Source: Gnetum montanum (lineage: Eukaryota > Plantae > Gnetophyta). From it: 64,000 nucleotides of DNA. The stretch spans positions 1,287,876-1,351,875 of the forward strand of contig MNCI01001825.1 of NCBI GenBank assembly GCA_015680685.1, in the 5' to 3' direction. Of the stretch, positions 1-13,329 are shown one piece after another; the stretch's first letter is position 1; the number at the start of each line of letters is the position of its first letter. Both the position numbers and the translations under genes were made by a program. The notes beneath the pieces are model-generated. The model was not told the origin of the DNA, ran no database searches, and was given only the letters and a program-made list of their open reading frames with translations.

Positions 1-59
1 AGCAGGCACCTAAATCTTGTTCGAGTACACTCATTGACGGTCACGTCCCAAATGGTCGC

Positions 60-870
60 CAACACTCTATCATAATAATTCCATATGCTATTTCCTCATA
101 GAAAGGCAATGCTATGAGAGTTAGTATATATAATTAATGAAACCTATTGTTTTCTAAGCCACAACTTCCCTCATGTGATAATCATGCTATGAGTAATCTA
201 GATTTTTTTATGATAACAATTCTAGATCAATTCCCTCATAGCATGATGATACTATGAAAATCAAGATATGGTATTCAAAACTCATAGTCTTGTAAGTGCT
301 AACTTTGCTCATATGATGATCGTGCTATGAGTCACTCTTATACTCTATCATAATTATTCTTGTGCTATTCCCTCATCAAATGATAGCATATGAAAATTAG
401 TATAAACAATTAACAAAATCTATTATTCTCTAAGCTACAACCTTACTCATATGATAGTTGTGCTATGAATAGCTAAGATACTCTATCATAACTATTTCAG
501 ATTAATTCCCTCATAGGACAATGACACTATGAGAACTAAGATATGATATTTAAAACCCATAGTTTTGTAAGCTCTAAATTCATTCATATTATGGTTGTGC
601 TATGAGTAACTTGGATACTATATCATAATAATTGTAGTGTCTTATTCCTCATAGCACAATGATGCTATGAGAACCTATATATGATTATCAAAATGCATTG
701 TTCTATAAGCTACAAATTTTCTCATACGATAGTCATGCTATGAGTAACTTGGATACTCTATCATAATAATTCTAGATCGATTCCCTTAGAGCATGATAGT
801 GCTATAAGAACTTAAATAAGATTATCAAAACCCAAAGATCATAGTATGGTCATGCTATAAGTAGCTTTAA
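60..870. repeat. Degenerate ~138-bp tandem repeat, about 6 copies
   Basis: The anchor TACTCTATCATAATAATT or a variant recurs near 63, 202, 341, 479, 616 and 754. Each unit has two palindrome-like CTCAT...CTATGA(G) boxes. Confidence 0.85.
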
Positions 871-1099
871 TAGTTTGTCATCCCAATTACAAGGTTACTG
901 TTATCTGAATTATTTTGCTACTATATATGAAAATGTATCTTCTACATTTTCTTTATCTTTATACATATCATTTGAAAATAGTTTGTAGAACTCAATGATA
1001 ATCTTGAAGAATGATGAAATTTCATATAGAAAATAACTTTTTCGATAGACGGTGTAGCTACATCATGATTATCATGTATTGTACTAGTAGAGGGAATAA

Positions 1100-2520
1100 T
1101 ATGTTGTGCTAAAGAGGAAGATTTTTTTTCCAATATAGCTAAAATACTAGGGAGGATAGTCTTTCTAACCCAATTTAGTTAGGTGTATCAAAATATGAAT
1201 TTTTTGTATAGTATATTTATAGTGTGTAATGCTTTTTTTTTTCAAAGAACATATGCTTGCTTTGGCAATATGGGATGTAAAATTCCTTAAGGATAAAGAG
1301 TCTAAGTACATGATAAAACCACTAGAGATGTATCCAAAAGTTGCTCAGGAAATGTAATTTTAACTAGAGATATTGAAAAATAATCTGATTAGCTACCAAA
1401 TATAATATATTTTATGTAAGACTATGATAGAATTACATCCTTATAAGAAAAGAATGCATGCTTATATCTCTCACTCACATCCATTACTTGATGAGGATTC
1501 TACTAGTATCAATTCATTAGGTGAAATCATTATTCGTGATTTTGTATCATTAGCTCAATTTATTAGTGAAATTCATTACTATAAGAAGGGATTTATTGGT
1601 ACAATAAAATTGGAGGAGCTATCCAAAGTAAGAAGATTAATGCATGATATGGATGCAAAGACAGAAAGAGCCTTCATTCTCAATCAGTTGCATGAAAACA
1701 AAGGTGTGATTAAAGATATAGTTATAGTTAGGATAATGAAATTCAGTGGAAAGGAAATATGATGGCAACAACATGATGATGGAAAGAATCCACTAAATCT
1801 TCTTCAACTTTGAAATCCTTAATAAAATCAATATCTTCATAAGAACATAAAAGAAAATCAATGTAAAAGTTACCTTAAGGTTTTGTGAAAGTAAATGATG
1901 AAGATTGAGGCAATCTAGCAAGTCCATTGCAAATTAGAAGATCAAAATGTTTTATCCATTATAATAGTTATTGATCCATCTTATAATAGTACCATCTGTG
2001 GAATGTCAAGTCCAGTTGTGATCTTAAACAATGTCTAAACTACCAACATTATGTTATCACTAAATGATTTTTGTTTACTGTAAACCTATCCTTGCATTAA
2101 AATCTCCATAAATAAATACTAAGCCATTTGTTATAAATTCTATAATATCTTCACCTAAGAAATGCAAAGAATAATCTTAAGACAGTTCTATAAAATCATA
2201 CAATGTAGCATCTCTAGGAGAAAAATAGCATATAGCAAGGAAGCATAATTATGTTAATATAAGATTTTTAGCCAAACATATTATTTGTGATCATCAATTT
2301 TTTCTAAAAGCATATAATTTTCAAGAGATTTTCATACTAACATTGAAATTCCCTTAAAAGGTTTGCCTATTTATCCTACTCTTGTATTTCTTGCAATAAA
2401 TTTAATAAATCTAGAAACTAAAAAATCTATAGAACCAACATCTTTCTAAGTTTCAACAAAATAGAAATCTTAACAATCAGTAACTTAAACATTGATATTA
2501 GTTTACTTATTATAAAACAT
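1100..2520 (-). mobile_element. Highly degenerate LINE (non-LTR retrotransposon) remnant, AP-endonuclease region
   Basis: The minus strand at ~2160-2078 reads LGEDIIEFITNGLVFIYGDFNARIGLQ, containing the LINE endonuclease GDFNAR motif. It is preceded by LAICYF(S)P-like (~2245-2215) and DFYFVET-like (~2470) motifs. Boundaries are approximate. Confidence 0.6.
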
Positions 2521-2958
2521 CATGTAGGTTCATTCATGATATTCCATGTAGCATATTTTATGACCACATGAGTGGTTTTTAAAAATTTATTATCATAACT
2601 AAGCATGATAATATAGGAATGATAAAACAAAGGTTACATAATATAGCTACAACCCATGTCATTGAGGATTTGATAGAAGACTTAGTTGATCATTATCTCA
2701 ATATATTAAGATAAATTATTCAAGATGGTATATCAGCACTAGTGAAATCATTTCCAATGATAATGAATTAGACAATTCTTCTTAATGACTATGTCAATCC
2801 CATGATGAAGGTTATGAATATGCCTACCTTAAGTAGAAGTCTAATGTCTATGTTGTTTTTTAGATATGGTATTCACAAAAGTGCATGATTTTACTATGTA
2901 TCAAACATGTTAGAATTTAGATTATAGAAAAAATTAACTTATTATCATATTAAAAAGA

Positions 2959-3398
2959 NNNNNNNNNNNNNNNNNNNNNNNNNNNNNNNNNNNNNNNNNN
3001 NNNNNNNNNNNNNNNNNNNNNNNNNNNNNNNNNNNNNNNNNNNNNNNNNNNNNNNNNNNNNNNNNNNNNNNNNNNNNNNNNNNNNNNNNNNNNNNNNNNN
3101 NNNNNNNNNNNNNNNNNNNNNNNNNNNNNNNNNNNNNNNNNNNNNNNNNNNNNNNNNNNNNNNNNNNNNNNNNNNNNNNNNNNNNNNNNNNNNNNNNNNN
3201 NNNNNNNNNNNNNNNNNNNNNNNNNNNNNNNNNNNNNNNNNNNNNNNNNNNNNNNNNNNNNNNNNNNNNNNNNNNNNNNNNNNNNNNNNNNNNNNNNNNN
3301 NNNNNNNNNNNNNNNNNNNNNNNNNNNNNNNNNNNNNNNNNNNNNNNNNNNNNNNNNNNNNNNNNNNNNNNNNNNNNNNNNNNNNNNNNNNNNNNNNA
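2959..3398. other. Assembly gap (440 N)
   Basis: Run of N. Confidence 1.
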
Positions 3399-3513
3399 AA
3401 AAATTAATAAGAAAAAGTAATATGTTTAGTCTATCATAGCTTATGAACATGTATCATATAGTAGACCTTGATAGTGGGAAAATTTATAGTTCTTACATTA
3501 TAGAGAATGTTTA

Positions 3514-4075
3514 TGTAACAACATTGTCCCTGAGCATGTTGTTCGGCATCGCAAGAGTTTCCCCAACAGATTTTGAATCAGGACAAAACTCAAGAGGAAT
3601 ACACCTCAACAATCAACAATCCTGAAACACATGCCAACAAACAATCTGTTAGTGTTAGCATGTCTCCTGAGCGGTGTTTCATAAACAATATTTGTAATAT
3701 GCTAACAAGCTAGATAGCACTCCCTTGCTCCACTCATGTGAACACCATGGGGACTACTAGCTAAACCCTCTAGATTCATCACCGCATGCTCGTAGTTGAT
3801 GTCATGCTCCAAAGAGCGCACGCAACATCCCATAGCACGTCTCATGACACACCCGGTAAAAACACTCCAATGCAGAGTTGAACTATGCAACCCTCCCAAG
3901 CAAGGTCCTACCGAGTCGAGTAATGAGGTAGGTTGTAGCCTCCTCTTACTAATGCATGGAATTGCCATGCCAGTATGGTTCCAAAGATACAAGGAGTGGA
4001 GAACCCCTTGTGCCCCCACGGCCCCTAAACCATGGGGGAGGTAGTAGGCCACCACCAACCCTGCTACTTCTCTCA
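3514..4075 (-). repeat. 3' LTR of element O (562 bp, TG...CA)
   Basis: Starts TG at 3514 and ends CA at 4075. Homologous to 63729-64000. Abuts the PPT. Confidence 0.88.
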
Positions 4076-4092
4076 TAATCCTTCCCCACTTA
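4076..4092 (-). promoter_or_regulatory. Polypurine tract of element O
   Basis: Minus strand reads AAGTGGGGAAGGATTA immediately before the TG of the LTR. Confidence 0.85.
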
Positions 4093-4196
4093 AAATGAGC
4101 AACAACCTTAGAGCATGGCTTGGGTAACCCACGAGGCTACTACATCAAAACCAAGGGTGGATTCCATAAATTCTGGGGAAGTATGCCCATGCTATT

Positions 4197-5724
4197 TGTA
4201 GCAACTAAAAACGTCGGTGGCTGGAAGACATTGAGAAGTCGGCGGGTGCGATAGTTTCAACCCCATACCCACGGGAGGGCCATGTTGGGTGTGTGCAGAT
4301 ACAGGGTAGCCTGAATGGTCTGGTCGATCAAACAAGGACTTAGTCGGCATCTCTATAGCCTTTTGCAACATGTAAGTTGGAAGCAGGAATGAAAGCATAA
4401 AGCAATGCTTGAAAGTAAATAATGCAACAAATGATGTAAAACACAACAATAAGCAGGAAAACAAGTAAAATGTAGTTAGAAAAATGCACCTCTCCGAAGT
4501 TATAAATTTGCTCTGTCCAGGTGAATACAGTTGGGTGCATGTTGTGATGGGGTGCAGAGATCCCAAGAGTAACCGAGGTGTGTAGAGAAAAATAGGCTGG
4601 ACACTTGGACGCAGACTTGGGTGCTAGCACCATCGAGCTTCCACCAAGATGGTAGAAAGGGAAAGGGCATCAGCTGAAAATGCTAACTGCTTGCAATGTC
4701 AAATAGCAGGCTTACAATGCTCAATGCTATAATGCGCTAGGAAGGGAACTTAATTGCCAGAGAACGGAAAGAAGTCTAAAAGTTGGGAGAGATTTGGATT
4801 GAACTTTCTGAATGCCGCTTATTCTTTGAAAAGTTCAAACTCCCTAGAAAAGTTTTGTTTTTTTTTTCGAGCCAACCCCTTTGAATGCCGCTCATTAGGG
4901 CATTTATAGGACTAGGGGTACACAAAGGGGTAGTTTGAATGCCATGTACCTTGGGCCCATGTTGACTTGTTTGCACTACACCTATCATGTATGACTATTG
5001 GACCTCCATGATTGTTGTGCTATGAATCTGTCATCCCGCAACTGTCCACCTACCATGCCATAATTGCACCGTCAGCTTCTGGATACATGTGCCAATGGTC
5101 CAATTAGGTGAAGTCCATTGATGTTGCACAACCACCCGCATGCCTCGCTGTGCTTTGTGGCATAACATAGAATCCTGTTGTGTGTCCTGCTACACATGTG
5201 TTACATGTTTGCTACACTATGCTATGCCACATAGCATAGTGTAGCATAGCAACTTGGCCTTAGTTGCGAAAGCTTTGCTGATTTGCAGGCTTTGCTTACC
5301 ACGATGCAAGATTTGCGAACTTTGCTAATTCTACCCCTTCGAAGTGCCTTCTATTTTCTCCATAGGATTGCTACACCTCACTGTGCCATGTAGCTCAACG
5401 TAGCATAACAGAAGACATGGTCCGCTGCTTCCTGATGGAGAGAGACATTATTGAAGGACTCAAAATTGGGCCGAATTATTTCATTCACCCAGAATGTTGC
5501 TACCAACTCTACGCATCATTTCTGAGTAGGCTGTCGATTGGGCAAACTACTTGGGTGGACAAGCAGGATGACCCGTGGAGCCTTTTTACACTCAAAGTAG
5601 AAAATTTGCCGAATTGGACAGCTTGAACTTAGAGCATTCTCCTCCCGAAGAACTGTCGTGGTGCCCTGCAGATTGCAAGACCTGGTGAAGCAAGAATGAC
5701 CTTGAATTTTTTTGGGGTGTTTCA
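4197..5724 (-). repeat. 3' LTR of element A
   Basis: Minus strand reads TGAAACACC...GCTACA. Homologous to 56540-58206 apart from a ~155-bp deletion. Confidence 0.93.
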
Positions 5725-5740
5725 TTGGCCCCTCTTTGTT
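5725..5740 (-). promoter_or_regulatory. PPT of element A
   Basis: Minus strand reads AACAAAGAGGGGCCAA next to the LTR, nearly identical to the PPT of B. Confidence 0.85.
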
Positions 5741-6694
5741 AACATCTGGAGGATGGGCTCGATAGATGTTGACAAAGAATACAAAACACCATAGTGGGCA
5801 AAATGTTGAGGTTTTTGCTCGATGAGTGTCGAGATGTTGCTTGGCTGCACTTGAGAGTGTTGCATTGGTTTTGCAGAGGTTAAGGTAGAGAGCAAAGATG
5901 ATGTTTAGCAAAGCGTTTTCATCTTTGGCTAACATTGTTCTTCAACCTCTTATAGGATAGGTGTTTCCTTCATAGGATGAGTTGTGTTACATCCATGGAG
6001 GGTTTTGACCTTCCTACAAATGCTTTCCATATGGCGAGCTGCGTTACGCACGTCATGGCACTTGCACTCTGAAGTAGCTAGGCTAATTGAGGCACTTGCT
6101 TCGCGACACTGTAGCATTTACTGTTGTGGAATTGTTGAAGCTATGAGGGTGAAGGTCTTGCTGGCTACTAGTGCTGTTGAAGCTGTTGGAAATTGCCACT
6201 GGTGTGATGCCCAAAGTAGGGAGGCCAATAGTGGCCTTGGCAGTGTCGATGCGAAGGAACTGGCTTCGAAGGCACCGAGAGCTGTTGTGGGTGCGGATGC
6301 TCTGGAATCCCTACCGAAGGCATGCATTCTTAGTTTAGCTAAGGGATCAGTTACCACATAGCCAAACATCACGAGAGCCGAGGTGTTGGCAGGACAATGT
6401 TGTGGCTGGGCCACAATACTATTGGGACTCCAGCTGCGGGAACTAGCCTAGGAACTACCGTCAGGGGTATGGGCCGTGGTGATGGTAGGTTCGGAGGGCT
6501 AGTATGATGCCACATGACATCTTCAGAGGGTTAGCATGATGCTATGGGTGGTAGGATCACATATGTTCTAGAACGCATTCCTGTTGCATTGTGAATCACG
6601 TTCTGGAGCATGTGACGACCCACCTGCGCATTGGCATTGTGCTGCCTATTCGATGTGCGTTCAATGTTGACGCATGCTAGGGATGCAACACAAA

Positions 6695-6970
6695 CCTAGT
6701 TTAAGGTCTTGGTAGACCATGTGTTGGTTTAAGATCTTAGTAGACCACTGTGCTAGTTTAAGGTCCCAGCGGACCGTACTTGCCAGTTTAACGTCACAGC
6801 GGACGGTTACTGCCAGTTTAGAGTCATGGTGAACTAACAGTGCTAGTTTTACGTCATAGCAGATAGTTGATGCCAATTTAATGTCATAGCGGATGCTACT
6901 CGATGCTGCTAGTTTATCGTCATCACAGACACTATCTGGTTTAATTGCTAGTATATCATCATAGCGGATG
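6695..6970 (-). repeat. ~30-bp degenerate tandem array in the 3' UTR of A
   Basis: Repeated CCGCTRYGAYNNTAAACTRGCA units on the minus strand just downstream of the INT stop. Confidence 0.8.
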
Positions 6971-6993
6971 GTTGCTGATGCCGCCGTTGTGCT

Positions 6994-9900
6994 TCAAACG
7001 TAGTACGGCTTGAGATACAAGTGATTCACCGTGTTAATGAACTCATTATCATCCATGTCTGCTAGCTTGAAGGCTCCATTTCTGAAGGCTTTAGTGACCA
7101 CGTAAGGGCCTTTTCAATTGGCTGAGAATTTGCTCACGTGTTCACGGATGGCCTTGAGGATGAAGTCTTCCTTCTGTACTGGCCATCGGTGAGGGTCTGC
7201 ATGATGCTTCTACTACTGATTGCTTTGGTAGTACTCGATGCATCTCAGCGTCTATGTGAGCTCCTCCTCCACTGAGTTGAGGTTAATGATTCACGACTCA
7301 TTGTTCTAGGCTTCACTCACAACATCCACGAGGATCATCTAGAGTGATGGTACTTGCAACTCAAGAGGAAATACAGCTCCAGATCCATAAACAATGTTGT
7401 AAGGGATCTTACTTGTTGCAGTTCTACACATTATTCTATAGGCTTAGAGGATGAAGAGGATTTGCTCATGCCACCACCTTTTGCTACTGTTTAGCATCTG
7501 TTTCAACAAGTTGATGATGGACTTATTTGTAGCCTCCGCTTGCCCATTTTCTTGCGGATAATAAGGGGAAGAAAATGATTGTTTAATGCCTACATTGCTA
7601 CAGAAGGTTTGGGTTTCCGTACTGCTAAACTTTGGTTCCTTGTTGGTCAAAACAGTCATTGGAAGCCCAAACTTCGTTACGATGTTGTCTAGAATGAAAT
7701 GGCAAACTTGCTACGACATCGTCTTCCTCAGGGGAATAGCCTCCACCCACTTGGTAAAATATTCAGTGGTAGTGATAATGAAGCTATGCCCTATGGAGGA
7801 CTTAGGTGTAATAGGCCATATGAGGTCTAATCCCCATCGTTGGAAGGGCCACATGATTTGCGTTGGGTGTAGGTCAGTAGGCGAGACATGTATGAGATTT
7901 GCGTATCTCTGGCACGTATTGTATGTCTTAACTTTCGATAGGCAGTCACATTCCATGTGGGCCAGTAGTACCCTAGGTGTTTGATCTTAGCAGCCATAGC
8001 CCTGGGTGCTATGTACCCACTGCACAACCCTTCATGTACTTCATTAACTACCTTTTGCACTTGCTTGCCACCTGGGCATGCCAGCAATATCTCATTGTAG
8101 GAGTGACGACATAGGGCATCATTCCCCATGAGTACATATTGTTGGGCATGCTTGTGGATTACATCTCTTTGGGCAGATGTCAATCCATCTGGGGGTTCAC
8201 CATGTTGTAGATAAGCTTTGATGTTGACGTACCACTCCTAGGTATCCATAGCACTAATAGATGCCATGTGTTCCACCTGAGCAATAGGCTCTGTACATTC
8301 TATAATCGCGATTGGAAAGTTTGCCAAAGACTATGATGGAATGTTTAATGTGAGGGTAGCTAAGGCATCTACCATGGTGTTTTCGTTGCATGGCATGTGT
8401 TGCATATCTGTGGTTGCAAATTGCTGAAGCAAGGTTTTCGCTAGGTTGTAGTAGGGTTGAAAGTGTGTAGCCTTGCAGGTGTAGACCTTGGTGATTTGAT
8501 TCACGACTAGTTGTGAATCTCCCCAGATCGCTAGGTGTCGTATGTGTAGTGCTTGAGCAATTAAGAGGCCTTTGAGTAGCCCCTCGTATTCTACCATGTT
8601 ATTGGTGCAAGGGAACACAAATCGATAGGCGATGAATGCATTTCCCCAGAGGGGAACGTGACTATGGTAGCAGTGCTACCTCCTTGCATGGTTGAGGTGC
8701 CATCGAAATATAAGGTGGCTTCAAAATGCGACAGGACAATGTTGACATTACTTACATATTTGTCCAGGAATTCGGGGTCTATGGTTGCCTGGTCGTCGAC
8801 TGGTGAGGTCGTAAGTTAGGTTGCTATGGCTTGATCCTTTGTTGACAATTGACTTACATAGCATAAATCAAATTCCACTATTATGGCTTTCCACCGGGCT
8901 ATTCTACTACTTTCATTTAAGTTGTTAGTGATAGCCCATAATATGTTGCTTTTGCAGATAATGTTGGTTGTGCTATGGAATAGGTAATGCCGCCACGTTT
9001 TTAGAGAAAACACTAAGACTAGGTCATTCCTCTCCACTTCATTGTACTTCGCCTTATGTGCTATTAGCGCATGACTCAGATAATATACTAGTATCTCAGA
9101 ACCGTCATCTCGTTGTTGACATAGCAATGCTGCAACAGATGTGTCAGAGGTGGTGAGGTAGATAAAGAAGGGCTTATTCCTCTGTAGTGGATGCACAGTG
9201 GAAAGGTGTGAGAGTTTCTTCTTTAGGTCATCGAAGGCTTATTAACACTGGGCTATCCATTCGAAGTTAACCCCCTTCTTTAGAAGATGTTGCATGGGGT
9301 GTAACTTGTCGGTCAAACTTGCTATAAATCTTTGAATGAATTGTACTCTACCTTGCAAACCATGTAACTCCTTAAGGTTTGTGGGAGGTGCTAAGTTGAT
9401 GATGGCCTTGACTTTGTCAGGGTCGACTCATATTTCAGCTTCTGATACTATGAACCCTAACATGCATATGGTATTCACCTTGAAGACGCACTTCTTAGGA
9501 TTGAGGCGTAAGTCATGCCTTTGATAGCATTTGAGGACTACTTCTAGATCATGTGGGTGATCAGCAGCCTCCTTGAACTTGACTGCTATATCATCCACAT
9601 AATAGTTTAATGTTTCCAGGATATAGTCGCTAAAGATGTAAGTCATGGCCCACTGTTAGGTTGCTCCCACGTCTTTGAGCTTGAAAGGCATCATGGTATA
9701 GTAGAAGGTCCCCCATGGGGTCATGAAGGTTGTTGACAGCTGGTGTTCTAGGTTAATGTGGATTTGGTTGTATTCGGAGAAGCCATCCATAAAGGATAGC
9801 AGGGCATGGCCAGCCATGGTGTCGATGAGCTGATCAATACTTGGAAGCAAGAAGTTGTCCTTGATCATTACTTTGTTCAAGTCCCAAAAGTCTATACAGA

Positions 9901-10474
9901 TCCGTATTTCTCCCGTTTTCTTTAAAAATACAATAATGTTGGACACACACTCTAAGTAGTTGACTACATGGATGAAACTAGCTTGATATAGCTTGGTGAT
10001 TTCATCCCTCATGGCCAGTGCAATTTCTGGTTTAACTTTTCAAGCCTTCTGCCTGACTGCCTTCATGTGTGGGTCTAAGACAATGTTATGCTGAATCAGT
10101 CATGGATCTAGACCCAGCATGTTGTTGTACAACCATGCAAAGACATTGATGTTGTCTTGTAGAATCTTAGCTATGTTTTTATGCATATGTGTATCTAGGA
10201 GGGAGCTAAGTCTTAATATTTTCATTTCCCCCTTTGACGTAGTAATGGGCGTCTCGATGAGAGGATCCTCAGTTACATCCCCAACCTCTAAATCTAAGGC
10301 TTGGGCCAGATGCTCGAGCTAGTCAGGGGATGCTTCTAAGGCTGCTATGATGCTCGTCATGGTCGACACCCAGTTGATCATGTTTGGATTCAATTATCTC
10401 TTGATCCTGCCCGATGGCCCCGTTAATGTTAAAGGCATGGAAAGGTCATAATGGATTTCCATCTCCTGCTTGAC
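6994..10474 (-). pseudogene. pol: pol of element A: RT - RNase H - archaeal-type RNase H - integrase, disrupted
   Basis: ORF fragments: IRICIDFWDLNK, LSFMDGFSEYNQI, YVDDIAV (RT); YLTTSD, VYYLSH (RH); CTNNMVEYEGL, IWGDSQLVVNQI (aRH); HEGLCSGY, WGLDLIWP, EYFTKWVEA, YYPQENGQAEATNK (INT). Confidence 0.93.
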
Positions 10475-11370
10475 CTATCATCATAAGACGAAAGCCTAGT
10501 TAACTGGTGTCAGTAGAGCTCATGTGTAATTGAAAATTTGCAAAGTAGTGACGAAATGCAGCTTGTGAAGTGTGGTGATGCAAGGATTGCAGGTTTGCCA
10601 AGGCACAAGAGCATAGAACTGCTAAAGGTGTAAAACTATAGATGTAACGTATGAAGCTGTGTGACTGTCGATGTGCAAGTGCCCAAACTACTAGTTTAAT
10701 GTCATTTTGTACTGCCAGATTACGATATGCAAGGCTTTAATCATGCAAAATAATAATATGTGAAATGGGAAACTTTGAGTATGACTAAAATTGCTAATGC
10801 AGAAATTCAAATTGCAGACATGAAAACAAGAAACCGCTAGAAATCGCGACACCACCAATGCGAAAGAAGATAAAAGAACACTTACATAAGCATGTGATGT
10901 TGTTAGTTTAATGTCATTGCCGACCGCTAGGCATGCAACTATGCTAGGGTTACTTAACTTGAGGTTTTTTTTGGATCAGTCATATTGTGATTACCAAGAT
11001 TACTAGTTTAAGGTCTTTTCAGACCCTTAGCCCAAAACAAATATATTATTATTATTTTTTTTGGGAAGGCAAGTAATGGGCTTGAAGCGTGTCAAGGTTT
11101 TAATGCTAATAGTACCAAGATGTCGTGGAGAGCATGCTACGCTGTGTGGTGCACTCTACCTTAATCGAAGAGAGAGAGAGAGGAAAGTTTCCCCCCTTCT
11201 TGTTATGACAACCATAAATAGAGGTTAATTCCTAGCAACTTTGCCATTTTTTTACTGTAACAGCGTAGAGCCTACATCGGAGCACAAGGTGATTTCGGAT
11301 CACGAGGCAATTGTGTTGATTGACTAGCAAGGCAAGCTTGTACAGCGAACAATGTAAATCAGCAAATGAG

Positions 11371-11481
11371 ATAGGCTCCTAAAACTCATCTAGCACTTGC
11401 AAAGGTTCAAGAGGTGCAGAAAGCTTTGGAGCGTGCGCCACAAGCACATGTTGTCGCGCGGAGGAGCACACCGTTGACCTA
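11371..11481 (+). pseudogene. Exon 1 of the antisense accessory gene of element A
   Basis: Reads APKTHLALAKVQEVQKALERAPQAHVVARRSTPLT, homologous to exon 1 of B and C. GT donor at 11482. TATA-like CATAAATAG near 11213. Confidence 0.6.
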
Positions 11482-11583
11482 GTAGGTTACTGTGTCTTCT
11501 TTGCTTTTTTTTCCGTTTTGCGCTTGCCGTCGTTTTCTGCTCTTGTTTTACATCTTGTTTGTTCTGCGTTCTTTCTTGGCTAC

Positions 11584-13204
11584 TGAAACACCCCAAAAAA
11601 CATGGGGTCATTCTTACTTCCCCAGGCCCTTGCATTCTGTGCAACACTATGGCAGTTTATCAGGAGGAGAACATTCTGAGTTGAGGCCGGCCAGTTTGGC
11701 AAATTTTCTACTTTGGGCATGAACAAGCTCCACAGGTCTTCCTACCTATCCATCCAAGTAGTTTGCCCAGCTGATAGCCTACTCAGAAACGATGAGCAGA
11801 GTTGGTAGTAACATCCTAGATGTGCAAAATAGTTTGGCAAGTTTTCTAAGTCATGAAGTCTGCTACGCTACGCTATGCCTTGTAGCATAGCAAGCTTCAA
11901 AATACGACGGCAGAACAAAGTGCTACGCTATGCTATGCCACATAGCATAGCATGGTAACAGCTTCAATACCACTCCCCTCACCAAATTTCAAGTTCTGCA
12001 ATGATGTCCCTTTCTGTCAGGAAGCGGTGGACCATGTCTGCTGCTACGCTACGCTAAGCTACATGGTGCAGTGAGGCGTAGCAATCCTGCGAAAGAGACA
12101 AAAGGTAGCTCGAAGGGAAGAGTCAGCTGAGTTTACAAAACTTGCATTGCAGGAGATAAAGTTTGCGAATTGGCAAAACTTTCACAACTAAGGCCAGTTG
12201 CTACGCTACGCTACGCTACATAGCATAGCAGAGTGTAGCAAACATGTGACATATAGTAGAATGCATAACAAAGTGCTATGCTACGCCAAGCACACTACAC
12301 TAGAGAGCATAGCGAAGCATGCAGGTGGTTGTGTGACATCAATGCACTTCACCTAATTGGATCATTGGCACACATCTCTAGATGCCAACGGTGCAATTAT
12401 GGCATAGAAGATGCACAGTTGTGGCATGATAGACTTACAGCACAACAGTCCTGCAGGTTCAATAGTCATACGTCGCATGTGTAGCACCAACAAGTCAAAG
12501 TGGGCCCAAGGTATGTGGCATCAAACCGCTCTTTCACATACCCTTAGTCCTATAAATACCCCAACAAGCAGTATTTACCTCCTCTCCTGGAAACCCAAAT
12601 GACTTGGCAACAAAAGGATTCAAAAAGAGATTAGCAAGTTCAAATTCTGAAATTCTAGCATTCATAGCTCTCTTCTTGATACACTGTAATATCAAGCATT
12701 GTAAGCTTTCTATTTGAGACTGCAAACAGTTAGCATTTTGTTATACTCCTCTTCTACTGCCTTGGTAGAAGTCATACATGGTTAGCACCTAAGTCCACGC
12801 CCAAGCACATAACCTGTTTTGCTCGTCTCAGTTACTCTTGGGATCTCTACATCCCGCCACGCCGTGCAACTGACCGTATCCACCTAGACAGGGCAAACTT
12901 GTAGCTTCAGAGCGGTGCATTTTTCTAACTGTGCTTTGCTTTGTTTCCTGCTTATTGTCGCATTATTCTCCCTGCTTTATTTACCTTCAAGCATTACTTC
13001 GCATTTTCATTCTTTTTTCCAAATATACATTGCAAAAGGCTATATAGACACTGATGTAAGTCCCTGTTTGATCAACCAGATCATTCAGGGCACCCTATAC
13101 TCGCACAAACACCCAGCATGACCCTCCTGTGGGTACGGGGTTGAAACTGTCGTGCCCGCCGACCCCTCGATGTTTTCTAGCCACCAACATTTTCAGTCGC
13201 TACA
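11584..13204 (+). repeat. 5' LTR of element B
   Basis: TGAAACACC...GCTACA, with TATAAATA at 12551. Homologous to 28382-29991 and to the LTRs of A. Confidence 0.95.
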
Positions 13205-13210
13205 GTTTTC

Positions 13211-13227
13211 TGGCGCTAGAAGGAGGG
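13211..13227 (+). promoter_or_regulatory. Primer-binding site of B
   Basis: TGGCGCTAGAAGGAGGG, 6 nt after the LTR end and shared with A and C. Cognate tRNA not determined. Confidence 0.85.
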
Positions 13228-13329
13228 CCCTTTGGTGCCTTTTCCGTGTGTCACGATAGTTCTGTGGGCCTTCTGCACCCTAATACACATAAGCGTAAAT
13301 GCAACACCCTCTTGAGGTTGTTTGCACTT

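Noticed and set aside
1424-1762. 112-aa plus-strand ORF as a gene
   Set aside because: No recognisable motif. It probably lies antisense to the decayed LINE region.
2950-3450. 166-aa ORF
   Set aside because: Artefact of the N gap.
4192-4633. Hydrophobic ORFs inside LTRs (also 12915-13121, 29692-29992, 56683-56962) as env-like or membrane proteins
   Set aside because: T-rich U5 sequence. Frames differ between LTR copies.
7586-7984. Many 60-140 aa ORFs opposite gag and pol (e.g. 7586-7984, 15251-15550, 26073-26393, 42757-43050)
   Set aside because: Antisense shadows of gag/pol codon structure with no independent motifs.
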